From NCBI GenBank assembly GCA_043736515.1, contig JAYTCK010000013.1, forward strand, positions 12,214 to 76,213: a stretch of 64,000 nucleotides of DNA. Reading direction: 5' to 3'. Shown here piece after piece: positions 56,133-64,000 of the stretch. Position numbers and translations under genes: made by a program. The stretch's first letter is position 1. Each line of letters begins with the position of its first letter. The notes beneath the pieces were generated by a model, which was given only the letters and a program-made list of their open reading frames with translations, had not been told where the DNA came from and made no database searches. Origin of the DNA: a bacterium (GTDB lineage Bacteria; Patescibacteriota; Minisyncoccia; Phycocordibacterales; UBA6899).

Positions 56133-58766
56133 ATGTTTACCTTCTTTAATCAATACAAAACAAAAACAGGCGCGCTGCTTTTTGCTCTCCAACTGCTCAT
56201 CGTTTTTGCCGTTCCTGTTGAGGTGGTGTATGCACAGGGCGCTCATCGCCCTGGAAATACTGTATGCCACGCCAGCCTCGTTGGTAGGGGGTGCTATCCG
56301 ACCATGGCAGCATGCACAGCCGCGGCAGGGGTGTGGACATGTAGAGACTCAATATCAACACAGAGTGGCGGAGAAGGAGTATCAACAGGGATAGACAGAC
56401 TAACTAAAAAGGGTGGGGAAATAGCGCTGAAAGGAACCCTGGCCATTGTCGGCACCGTGCTTGAATTCATTGCCAAATTCGTTGCAAAATTTGCTGGAAT
56501 GTTTATGCGCTCAATGGGCCATATTCTCGACATGGCGATCGATCGCACCATTAACGGCGAGACATACCGCGATTTGGCCGCGGTGCTTGTCGGCTGGACC
56601 GCCGTACGTGATTTTTCAAACATGTTGTTTATTTTTGTGCTGCTTTATATCGCCATTCAAACAATTCTTGGACTTGGGGGGGGCGGCGCGAAGCGTTTGC
56701 TTTCGCATGTCGTTATTGCGGCACTGCTCATCAACTTCAGCCTCTTTTTTACACAGGTCGTCATTGATGCCGGCAACGTACTTGCGATGGGATTTTGGAC
56801 TCAGATGACAACCAAACAGGGGGCGAGAGAGTGGCCGTCTGCTTCAGCTGCTTTTCTTGAGGGTTTTCGTATGCAAACGATCTTTGATACTAATGGGGAT
56901 ATCATGACGGAGACACCAGGCGGTCCGACCAATACTGACCCGATGGACAGAGCGATGATCTATGCGGGCGGTGCGGTCATGATGTTTGTCGCAGGATATG
57001 TCTTCCTTGCGGGTGCGGTCATAATGATCGTGCGTACGGTATGGCTGCTTATCCTTATGATTGGCTCTCCTTTTGCGTTTGTTTCTTTTGCTCTGCCCTC
57101 AAAAGGGGGATTTACAAGCTGGTGGTGGAGTAATCTCGTTAGCCAGGCTTTTGTCGCACCCGCATTTGTGTTCATGCTTTTTATTTGCTCAATCATCATT
57201 AAATCCCTCGACCTCAATATGCTCACCGGGGCCGTCAACGCAAAATTTGCGCCGGCGATTCTCGGGGGGGTAAATAATTACGCGATCTTCTACAACTTTT
57301 TTGTCATCATCATTTTACTGCTTGCATCGCTCACTGTTGCAAACAAAGTAAGCAGCGGCGCAGGAAAGATGGGGGGTGACATGGCAAAGAAATTTATTGG
57401 CAATGGCGCAGCTTATGGCTTTACCGGTATGGCTGCTGTTGGACGACAAACATATGGACGTAGCGCTGCAGCCTCACTCCGTGACAAAGACGGGAAGGAA
57501 ACAGAGTGGGCAAAGAAACAACGCCAACTTGTTACTGCGGGCGGCATGAAAGACGCGACTTTCCTAGATAAGAGCAAAGCACGTCTTGCAAACAGCCGAC
57601 TTTCTCTTGCAGAGAAAGGTGCCAGCGGAACATATGATATCCGCAATGCTCCAATGGGTGGCCTCGGCGTGACTGCAGCACTCGGGAAAGCAGGGGTAAG
57701 TACCGGGGCAGGAAGCAAGAAGAGCTACGAAACACACGGACAAGCACTGGGTAGCGTAACGGGTGGATACCGTGGAACCGCCAACGAGAAAGACCTCATT
57801 GCCACAGCAAAGGCACGATTCCCCGATGACCCTGCAGCACAAAAAGCCTACCTTGAAGGCCGCGGTGTATCACTCAGCGCTGACCGCAATAAAGATCTTA
57901 CTAAAGATCTTGACCGCAAAATTAAGACTGGCGACAAAAAAGAAATACTTAAAACTGAGCCTGACACCCACAATGCTCAGAAAAAGAAGCTTGCAGAGCT
58001 CAGAGCGTCCAATGCAAATGCGACTGAGATTGCAGAGGCGGAAAAATCGCTGGCCAGCACCGCCAAAACAATCGCTGACGCGCTCAAGGAACTTAATGCA
58101 AAAGAAGTTGCTGAACTTTCTCCCACCATACTCAACAAGAAGGTTGTTCAGGAGAATCTCAATGCACAGCAGCTTGGAGCAATCCTCGCTCACGACAAAG
58201 AGAAGGGCTATGATGACCCAACACTTCTTCCTGCAATTGGTGCAGCTGTGCTTGCTTCTCAGAATAATGGAGCGAAGAACTACATGAGGAAAGTTGCGGC
58301 TTCCCAGCCTGGTGCATTTGGTCTCGACTTCAAAAAAGATGTTGTTGATATCAAAAACGAATATGAGAGCCGAAAATCTGCAAACAAACTTGGAGAAATT
58401 CACACTGAGAGCGGTAAAACATACGAAGAACATCTCCGTGAGCAGTCTGCTAAATCGTTAGGATACATGGATCCAAAAGAAATTTCCGATTGGGATGAGG
58501 AGACGATCACGCATGAACTAGTGGCAAAGAGTTTGAATAAGCAACACCTGACTAACCTTGTAGCCAAGCAGAAAATTGAAGCGAGCTTCGACGACGAATT
58601 CTTTACCAAACTCGCTAATGAAATAAGCGCTGGAGGAAATGACGCCGCGAAAAAGTACATTAACACCGCAAAAGGCGACAACCCATTCTCCGGAAAAGGA
58701 GTGCAGGCCCCACCACCCACACCACCCTCAACAATTATCATTCCTCCGGGATCAAGGACAGCATAA
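56133..58766 (+). CDS. VirB6/TrbL-like polytopic membrane protein with a long Lys/Ala-rich low-complexity C-terminal extension
   Basis: Signal peptide plus at least 6 TM helices in residues 150-420. Adjacent to PrgI-like and VirB4 genes. Confidence 0.45.
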   Translation: MFTFFNQYKTKTGALLFALQLLIVFAVPVEVVYAQGAHRPGNTVCHASLVGRGCYPTMAACTAAAGVWTCRDSISTQSGGEGVSTGIDRLTKKGGEIALKGTLAIVGTVLEFIAKFVAKFAGMFMRSMGHILDMAIDRTINGETYRDLAAVLVGWTAVRDFSNMLFIFVLLYIAIQTILGLGGGGAKRLLSHVVIAALLINFSLFFTQVVIDAGNVLAMGFWTQMTTKQGAREWPSASAAFLEGFRMQTIFDTNGDIMTETPGGPTNTDPMDRAMIYAGGAVMMFVAGYVFLAGAVIMIVRTVWLLILMIGSPFAFVSFALPSKGGFTSWWWSNLVSQAFVAPAFVFMLFICSIIIKSLDLNMLTGAVNAKFAPAILGGVNNYAIFYNFFVIIILLLASLTVANKVSSGAGKMGGDMAKKFIGNGAAYGFTGMAAVGRQTYGRSAAASLRDKDGKETEWAKKQRQLVTAGGMKDATFLDKSKARLANSRLSLAEKGASGTYDIRNAPMGGLGVTAALGKAGVSTGAGSKKSYETHGQALGSVTGGYRGTANEKDLIATAKARFPDDPAAQKAYLEGRGVSLSADRNKDLTKDLDRKIKTGDKKEILKTEPDTHNAQKKKLAELRASNANATEIAEAEKSLASTAKTIADALKELNAKEVAELSPTILNKKVVQENLNAQQLGAILAHDKEKGYDDPTLLPAIGAAVLASQNNGAKNYMRKVAASQPGAFGLDFKKDVVDIKNEYESRKSANKLGEIHTESGKTYEEHLREQSAKSLGYMDPKEISDWDEETITHELVAKSLNKQHLTNLVAKQKIEASFDDEFFTKLANEISAGGNDAAKKYINTAKGDNPFSGKGVQAPPPTPPSTIIIPPGSRTA

Positions 58767-58784
58767 GATTGGTATTACGTAATT

Positions 58785-59552
58785 ATGGCAACAGATTTTA
58801 ACAACCTTCCTCAAGCAATAAAAGACTTACTTCTCTCCGAGAAGCTTGTTGATGACGTTGAAGGTATCGCTAAGCATCATGGGCTACGCCCTGAGGAATA
58901 TGGCTTGCTCCTTCGTGCGACTACTCAACTCCTTGAGGGCAACATGCCCGCAACAGAATACATGGCTTCTCTTGTTGGTGAATTAGATCTCTCTCGTGAA
59001 AAAGCTGCGCTTGTGGCTCAGGACATTAATCAGAATATTTTTAACCCTGTCAAAGAAGAGCTGAAGCAAGTTCATGCAGTAAATGGAGCGAAAGATGGGG
59101 TTACACCACCACAACCTCTCCCTAAGGTCGCATCGAGTTCACACCTCTCCTCAAATCCTGTTGCTACAGCAACACCGGCACCTCTTCCCAAGCTTTCCGA
59201 AATTGCAGCCGCCTACACCGGCAAAACGGAAAAGCCAATGCCGCCCCAAAGTCCTCCGTTATCTGCCCCCTCCCAAAGTATTTTTGAGCAGAAAATGGGG
59301 GGGACATTTCGCATGAAAAGCGATACCACAAGTCACGCCGGGAGTGTGCCGCCACAGGGGGCAGCTAACTTCACCACAGGAGTACTTCCAAATTTCAGTA
59401 CTCGAGGACTCGATGAAATTTCTGGTCGCTCCGAGGTACGACCACCCAAAGCTGAGGTCGGACCCCAGTCTGCCCCCACATCGTCTAGTGCTGTTATGCC
59501 GAACCCCGGCACGTCATCCAAGGTTGACCCGTACCGAGAAGCGACAGGCTAA
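58785..59552 (+). CDS. Hypothetical Pro/Ser-rich protein. Its C-terminus is encoded by a REP-like repeat copy
   Basis: ORF only. The repeat at 59441-59484 encodes ...RSEVRPPKAEVGPQSA. Confidence 0.35.
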   Translation: MATDFNNLPQAIKDLLLSEKLVDDVEGIAKHHGLRPEEYGLLLRATTQLLEGNMPATEYMASLVGELDLSREKAALVAQDINQNIFNPVKEELKQVHAVNGAKDGVTPPQPLPKVASSSHLSSNPVATATPAPLPKLSEIAAAYTGKTEKPMPPQSPPLSAPSQSIFEQKMGGTFRMKSDTTSHAGSVPPQGAANFTTGVLPNFSTRGLDEISGRSEVRPPKAEVGPQSAPTSSSAVMPNPGTSSKVDPYREATG

Positions 59553-59576
59553 TAAAATGTGCAGAGAGTATCAGTT

Positions 59577-59630
59577 CAGCCAACTCCTTCGAGGTCCGAC
59601 CTTTCAAAGCCAAGGTCGGACCTCAGGCTG
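59577..59630. repeat. Palindromic REP-like repeat, family copy (variant)
   Basis: CAGCCAACTCCTTCGAGGTCCGACCTTTCAAAGCCAAGGTCGGACCTCAGGCTG. Confidence 0.75.
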
Positions 59631-59663
59631 ATCAGTCACTGCTAACAACCACTCCCTACTTAT

Positions 59664-60095
59664 ATGCAATTCCAAGTCCCACAATTTCTCGATGTCGAAG
59701 ACAAGGTCATAGGACCGCTCACCATCAAACAATTTCTCTACTTAATAGGAGGGGCGGGGTTTGCATATCTCACGTTTCGTTTTATTCCGTACATTGGACT
59801 CGTGCTCTCCTTAGCATTCGTGGCTCTGGGTGTGTCGCTCGCTTTCTATAAATTCAACAACAAGCCCTTTGTATACATTATTGAAGCGGCATACAATTAT
59901 ATACGAAACGCGCGTCTCTACGTGTGGCACAGAAGAGAGCGCACGACGGAGGTTTCTATGGCACCTGATCTCACAAATTTTATTCCAACAAAAACAGGGG
60001 GCATGGGTATCCCCAAATCAGGAGGGAGCAAATTGAATGAACTGTCATGGAGCATAGATGTGAAGAAGGAGACAAGCGCGAAAGATACTTTGTAA
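59664..60095 (+). CDS. PrgI/VirB3-like small T4SS membrane protein
   Basis: FQVPQFLDVEDKVIGPLTIKQFLYLIGGAGFAYLTF followed by a second TM. Confidence 0.5.
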   Translation: MQFQVPQFLDVEDKVIGPLTIKQFLYLIGGAGFAYLTFRFIPYIGLVLSLAFVALGVSLAFYKFNNKPFVYIIEAAYNYIRNARLYVWHRRERTTEVSMAPDLTNFIPTKTGGMGIPKSGGSKLNELSWSIDVKKETSAKDTL

Positions 60096-60110
60096 GACGG
60101 TCAAGGTGAT

Positions 60111-60171
60111 GCGGCAGCCAGCTTCTCCGAGGTCCGACCTCCCAAAGCTGAGGTCGGACCTCGGGCTGCCG
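60111..60171. repeat. Palindromic REP-like repeat, family copy
   Basis: GCGGCAGCCAGCTTCTCCGAGGTCCGACCTCCCAAAGCTGAGGTCGGACCTCGGGCTGCCG. Confidence 0.8.
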
Positions 60172-60237
60172 GAATAAGCACAACATTACAATTATCCCCG
60201 CACATCGTACTTCGTTTTCCTATTCGTATCATTTAAT

Positions 60238-60915
60238 TTGATTTATACTGTAGATATGGCAATTCCTGGAAGACCAACACAAGAGTTCATACCAATCAAA
60301 GATGTGCGGAATGGTGTGATCGTGCTCAACAACGGCGACCTTCGCATGATGCTTATGACATCATCGCTCAACTTTGGACTCAAATCCTCAGATGAACAAA
60401 CAGCGATCATCATGCAATTTCAGGATGCCCTCAATTCGCTGGAATTTCCCATCCAGATATATATTCAATCAAAGCGACTTGATATCCGTCCGTATCTCAA
60501 GCTTCTTGAAGAGCGCGAAAAAGTGCAGTTAGTCGATGCTATGAAAATTCAAGTCCATGAATACATCGCCTTCATTAGCGACTTCACGAGTCACACGAAC
60601 ATCATGTCAAAAACCTTTTTTATTGTTGTGCCTTATTCATCAGGACCCAAGATAGCAGGAGAGAAAGGAGGAGGAGGCCTGCTGTCGGGAATTTTAGGAG
60701 GTGGCGCCAATGATCCAAAGAAGAAACTCACTCAGGCAGAGCAGCAAAGTTTTGAGGAGGCGCGCGTACAGCTTGAACAGCGCGCTTCGATAGTTGAGCA
60801 AGGTCTTTCACGCTGCGGTATTCGTACGACACGGCTTGGGACAGAGGAGATCGTGGAACTTTTTTATAAGAAATTCAACCCCGGGGAGCTTGAAGCGGGG
60901 ATAGCAACACCCTAA
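60238..60915 (+). CDS. VirB4-like T4SS ATPase, N-terminal domain (separate ORF)
   Basis: Ends at TAA 60913-60915. The next ORF starts 5 nt later in another frame. Confidence 0.55.
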   Translation: MIYTVDMAIPGRPTQEFIPIKDVRNGVIVLNNGDLRMMLMTSSLNFGLKSSDEQTAIIMQFQDALNSLEFPIQIYIQSKRLDIRPYLKLLEEREKVQLVDAMKIQVHEYIAFISDFTSHTNIMSKTFFIVVPYSSGPKIAGEKGGGGLLSGILGGGANDPKKKLTQAEQQSFEEARVQLEQRASIVEQGLSRCGIRTTRLGTEEIVELFYKKFNPGELEAGIATP

Positions 60916-60919
60916 TCTT

Positions 60920-62713
60920 ATGGCAGACTACAACCTGATGAATACTGGGGGAGTACTCCCAACCGACCTTTATCAAGCAACAAACCTTGATATGAAGGAT
61001 ATTCTTGCGCCGGCGGCAATTAAGATTACCCCGAATGAAATGTATGTGGGTGGAAAAATGCTCCGCACGTTTTTTGTCATTTCGTATCCACGCTACCTTT
61101 CTCAGGACTGGTTTACTCCTGTCATTAACCTCGACAAGGTCTACGATGTGTCTATCATGATTCATCCCGTTGAGACCGAGCTTGCGCTCCGCACATTTCA
61201 GAAAAAAGTTGCCGAGGTGCAGAGTCAAATCAATGAACGTGAGCGCAAGGGATTTGTGCGCGATCCTATTCTTGATATTGCCTATCAAGATCTTGAGGAC
61301 TTGCGTGACAAACTGCAGCAGGCACAAGAGCGTCTGTTTGATGTGGGTATCTATATCACCGTCTATGCAAATGAGAAAAACGAACTCGACAGAGCGGAAA
61401 GTGAGCTAAAAAGCATTCTTGACTCAAAGCTCGTCTATGTAAAGCCCGCTATCTTCCAGCAAGGAGAGGGGTACCGCAGTGTACTTCCGCTTATGACCGA
61501 CGAGCTTGAGGTGCACTACAAATTGAACTCCGCTCCGCTCTCTTCAATATTTCCTTTTGTATCCTTTGACCTCACCAGCGACAAAGGAATTCTTTGGGGA
61601 CTGAACCGCCACAATGCATCACTCATTCTCTTTGATAGATTTTCGATGCCGAACTACAACTCGGTGACCTTTGCAGTATCCGGCTCAGGAAAATCATATA
61701 CCACGAAGCTTGAGATCTTGCGTACGCTTATGTTTGACGCTGATGTGATCGTTATCGATCCTGAACAGGAGTACCAATTCCTTGCCGAAGCAACTGGTGG
61801 GAGATATTTTAATATTTCACTTACGTCTGAACACCACATCAATCCTTTTGATCTTCCTGTTCCGCGTGATGATGAGTCGCCGGCGGATGTGCTGCGTTCA
61901 AACATCATTTTCTTGGTGGGACTTTTCCGCATTATGTTGGGAGGCCTTACTCCGGAAGAGGACGGTATTATCGATCGAGCTATCTCGGAAACGTATGCAT
62001 TAAAGGACATAACTCCTGAGGCAAACTTCCTCGATATTGAGCCGCCGCTCATTTCAGACTTCGAACTCGTCTTATCGGGCATGGAGGGAACGCAATCGCT
62101 ACTCCTTCGTCTTGAGAAATACACCCGAGGTACGTGGGCTGGATTCTTGAACAAACCCACAAATATCGATATAAGTAAGCGTTTTACGGTATTTTCCGTC
62201 CGCAACATGGAAGATGAGCTCAAGCCCGTTGCTGTCTATATCGTTACGCATCATATTTGGACGGCAATCAGAAAAGAGCTTCGTAAACGCCTCCTTGTTG
62301 TAGACGAGGCCTGGTGGATGATGAAATCCGAAGATACTGCATCATTTCTCTTTAGCCTCGCCAAGCGCGGTCGTAAGTACTATTTGGGCATCTCGACCAT
62401 CACGCAAGACGTGAACGACTTTCTTCGCTCACCCTACGGCCTGCCCATTCTCACCAATTCATCTATTCAGCTTCTGCTTAAGCAGTCGCCCACCTCTATC
62501 GACCTCGTGCAGCAGACATTCCACCTTACGGACGAAGAAAAATTCCTTTTACTTGAATCATCCGTTGGTGAGGGGCTCTTCTTTGCCGGATTGAAGCATG
62601 TGGCCATTAAAGTGCACGCCTCCTATATCGAAGACCAGATCGTGAGCTCTGACCCGGCCCAGCTCCTCTCAATTGCGAAGGCAAAGCAAGACCTGAAAGA
62701 TGCACAAGGTTAA
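60920..62713 (+). CDS. VirB4/TrsE-like T4SS ATPase, C-terminal ATPase domain
   Basis: Walker A FAVSGSGKSYTTK. Walker B LLVVDEAWWMM. Confidence 0.8.
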   Translation: MADYNLMNTGGVLPTDLYQATNLDMKDILAPAAIKITPNEMYVGGKMLRTFFVISYPRYLSQDWFTPVINLDKVYDVSIMIHPVETELALRTFQKKVAEVQSQINERERKGFVRDPILDIAYQDLEDLRDKLQQAQERLFDVGIYITVYANEKNELDRAESELKSILDSKLVYVKPAIFQQGEGYRSVLPLMTDELEVHYKLNSAPLSSIFPFVSFDLTSDKGILWGLNRHNASLILFDRFSMPNYNSVTFAVSGSGKSYTTKLEILRTLMFDADVIVIDPEQEYQFLAEATGGRYFNISLTSEHHINPFDLPVPRDDESPADVLRSNIIFLVGLFRIMLGGLTPEEDGIIDRAISETYALKDITPEANFLDIEPPLISDFELVLSGMEGTQSLLLRLEKYTRGTWAGFLNKPTNIDISKRFTVFSVRNMEDELKPVAVYIVTHHIWTAIRKELRKRLLVVDEAWWMMKSEDTASFLFSLAKRGRKYYLGISTITQDVNDFLRSPYGLPILTNSSIQLLLKQSPTSIDLVQQTFHLTDEEKFLLLESSVGEGLFFAGLKHVAIKVHASYIEDQIVSSDPAQLLSIAKAKQDLKDAQG

Positions 62714-62813
62714 AGCATCCAGGTGGAGGCAAGACAGGGATGTTGTGAGGGTAGAGTATCTCTGTCCACAGAGATGAACCGACGAGATGGTATGAATAGG
62801 CTATAATAAGCAA

Positions 62814-63281
62814 ATGGCTATTTCCACTTTAAACTCTCAGGGTTACCAAGTTACAGAGTCAGCAAAAAAGCCAAGTGAGAAGAATAAGACAAATTTACTC
62901 TTTTTTTTCTTAGTATTAGGATTGGCAATTACAAAAGACCTTATTGATATTATCAGCCATGCGCTTATTGCGGTGGGTATGGGGCTTACTGCAACCATGC
63001 TTGGAGCTGTGGTAGGAATACCGCTTGTGGCCGTGTCATGGGTAGTGACTTTTGTTTTCGGGCTTTTTGTAAACTTCACCATTGCAGCCTACTTCTTTTC
63101 AACGGGACATGGGATAGGCCGCCGCTTGGCGATACAGAGTATTGGATTTATAATGGAGTTAGTGCCTTACGTCAGTTTGCTCCCACTCACGACTATCACT
63201 TTTGTCATCGCACATTTCCTCGGCAAGGTGCCGAATCCCACCAAAGTAATACAGTCTGCTCGAAAGCTTGCTCATATTTGA
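62814..63281 (+). CDS. Hypothetical polytopic membrane protein (possible T4SS component)
   Basis: 3-4 TM helices. TATAAT-like box upstream at ~62796. Confidence 0.35.
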   Translation: MAISTLNSQGYQVTESAKKPSEKNKTNLLFFFLVLGLAITKDLIDIISHALIAVGMGLTATMLGAVVGIPLVAVSWVVTFVFGLFVNFTIAAYFFSTGHGIGRRLAIQSIGFIMELVPYVSLLPLTTITFVIAHFLGKVPNPTKVIQSARKLAHI

Positions 63282-63293
63282 AAATAGTTCCTA

Positions 63294-64000
63294 TGAAATT
63301 ACCACACCACATTCCTTCATTCTTTTTTTCAATATTTATTGCTCTAACTATACTCCTCATGCCTACGGAGGCTTTTGCCGCCGGGGGTGATCTCGTGAGC
63401 GTCAAAACAAACCCCGTTACCCCCGGCCCGAACCAAAGCGTAATGGTAAGCATCGAATCATTTGCGGTAAACATCAACTCAGCGAACATTATTTGGTATG
63501 TGAACAAGGAGCCACGCAAAGAAGGGGTCGGTGAAAAAACATTTACCTTCACCCTTGGTGATTTTGGAAATGTCTCGACAATCGATATCCTGATTCTCAC
63601 CGCTGAAGGATCGCAAATAAAAAGACAAGTAGTTCTTGCACCTGCTGAGATCGATATTCTTTGGGAAGCTCAAACCTATACTCCTCCGTTTTACAAAGGG
63701 AAAGCCCTACCGTCATACAAAAGCTTCCTCAGAGTAAGCGCTATTCCACGATATAACTCTCCTTCAAGCAACCCTAGTGAATATCATTACAAATGGAGAT
63801 ACAATCGCATCGAGAATGTTGGTGAGGGACTCGCAAAAAATAGCGTGGTTATCCCTTCTGGCTACGCGGATGCTGCGGTGCCCGTAATCCTCGATGTGAA
63901 GCTGCCAAGTACTCCATGGAGTGGATCTGCAAGTGCAAACATCAAAGGAGCCGAAGCAAAAGTAGTACTGTATGAAAATGCGCCCCTTTTAGGAATTCAA
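63294..64000 (+). CDS. Secreted hypothetical protein, 3'-partial (runs off the window end)
   Basis: MKLPHHIPSFFFSIFIALTILLMPTEAFAA signal peptide. Open to the window end. Confidence 0.4.

Noticed and set aside
38433-60171. Possible CRISPR array formed by the palindromic repeats
   Set aside because: The copies are tens of kilobases apart or irregularly spaced. They are palindromic and they sit in 3' UTRs. This indicates a REP-like dispersed repeat, not a CRISPR array.
1-64000. Alternative genetic code (UGA=Gly, as in some CPR lineages)
   Set aside because: Long housekeeping ORFs (pnp, uvrD, cheA) are intact under the standard code. Genes terminate at TGA (for example the DGR target), so code 11 applies.

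Overview
This 64-kb window is a gene-dense bacterial chromosome fragment at roughly 45-48% GC, read with the standard genetic code. The gene content is type IV pili, a type IV secretion (T4SS)-like module, a diversity-generating retroelement (DGR), many small secreted hypothetical proteins, and tRNA genes that lack encoded CCA next to a cca gene. From that content I infer, without proof, a Candidate Phyla Radiation / Patescibacteria-like organism. All calls rest on reading the sequence and the supplied ORF track; no database search or RNA-finding tool was run.

Layout along the window:
- 1-2883 (-): a giant secreted beta-helix/lipase-like protein that runs off the window start.
- 3335-4523: a truncated large serine recombinase fragment beside tRNA-Gly(TCC), plus a tRNA-linked structured repeat.
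- 4621-6818: a DUF2384-like protein and a phosphomanno/glucomutase.
- 26464 down to 6946, all on the minus strand: a continuous supercluster. It encodes cheW-cheY-cheB-cheA-cheC-cheD, nth, a receiver protein, pilB, an embedded DGR, pilC, several (pseudo)pilins including a 933-aa LVIVD-repeat tip-adhesin-like pilin, a PilM-PilN-SH3 fusion, and a major pilin. The DGR consists of a target gene with a variable repeat (VR), a template repeat (TR), a divergently oriented avd and a reverse transcriptase (RT).
- 26640-30778: tRNA-Pro, yraN, tRNA-Gly(GCC) and tRNA-Arg, with two more copies of the tRNA-linked structured repeat and many tRNA-fragment repeats.
- 30792-51093: housekeeping genes (cca, xth, xerC/D, rpsO-pnp with an intervening NYN-domain gene, dksA-like, comM, idi, LysM-M23 peptidase, pcrA/uvrD, rsmA). 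A GC-rich islet in this stretch carries a degenerate IS30 transposase and a Nudix gene.
- 51608-56120: secreted hypothetical proteins.
- 56133-64000: a T4SS-like locus with a VirB6-like protein, a PrgI-like protein, a VirB4 split into two ORFs, and membrane/secreted proteins.

The two most notable observations are the complete DGR inside the pilus operon and a novel ~90-nt structured repeat. The repeat occurs three times, each copy immediately preceded by a 5' fragment of the adjacent tRNA gene. It shows compensatory base changes consistent with RNA structure.
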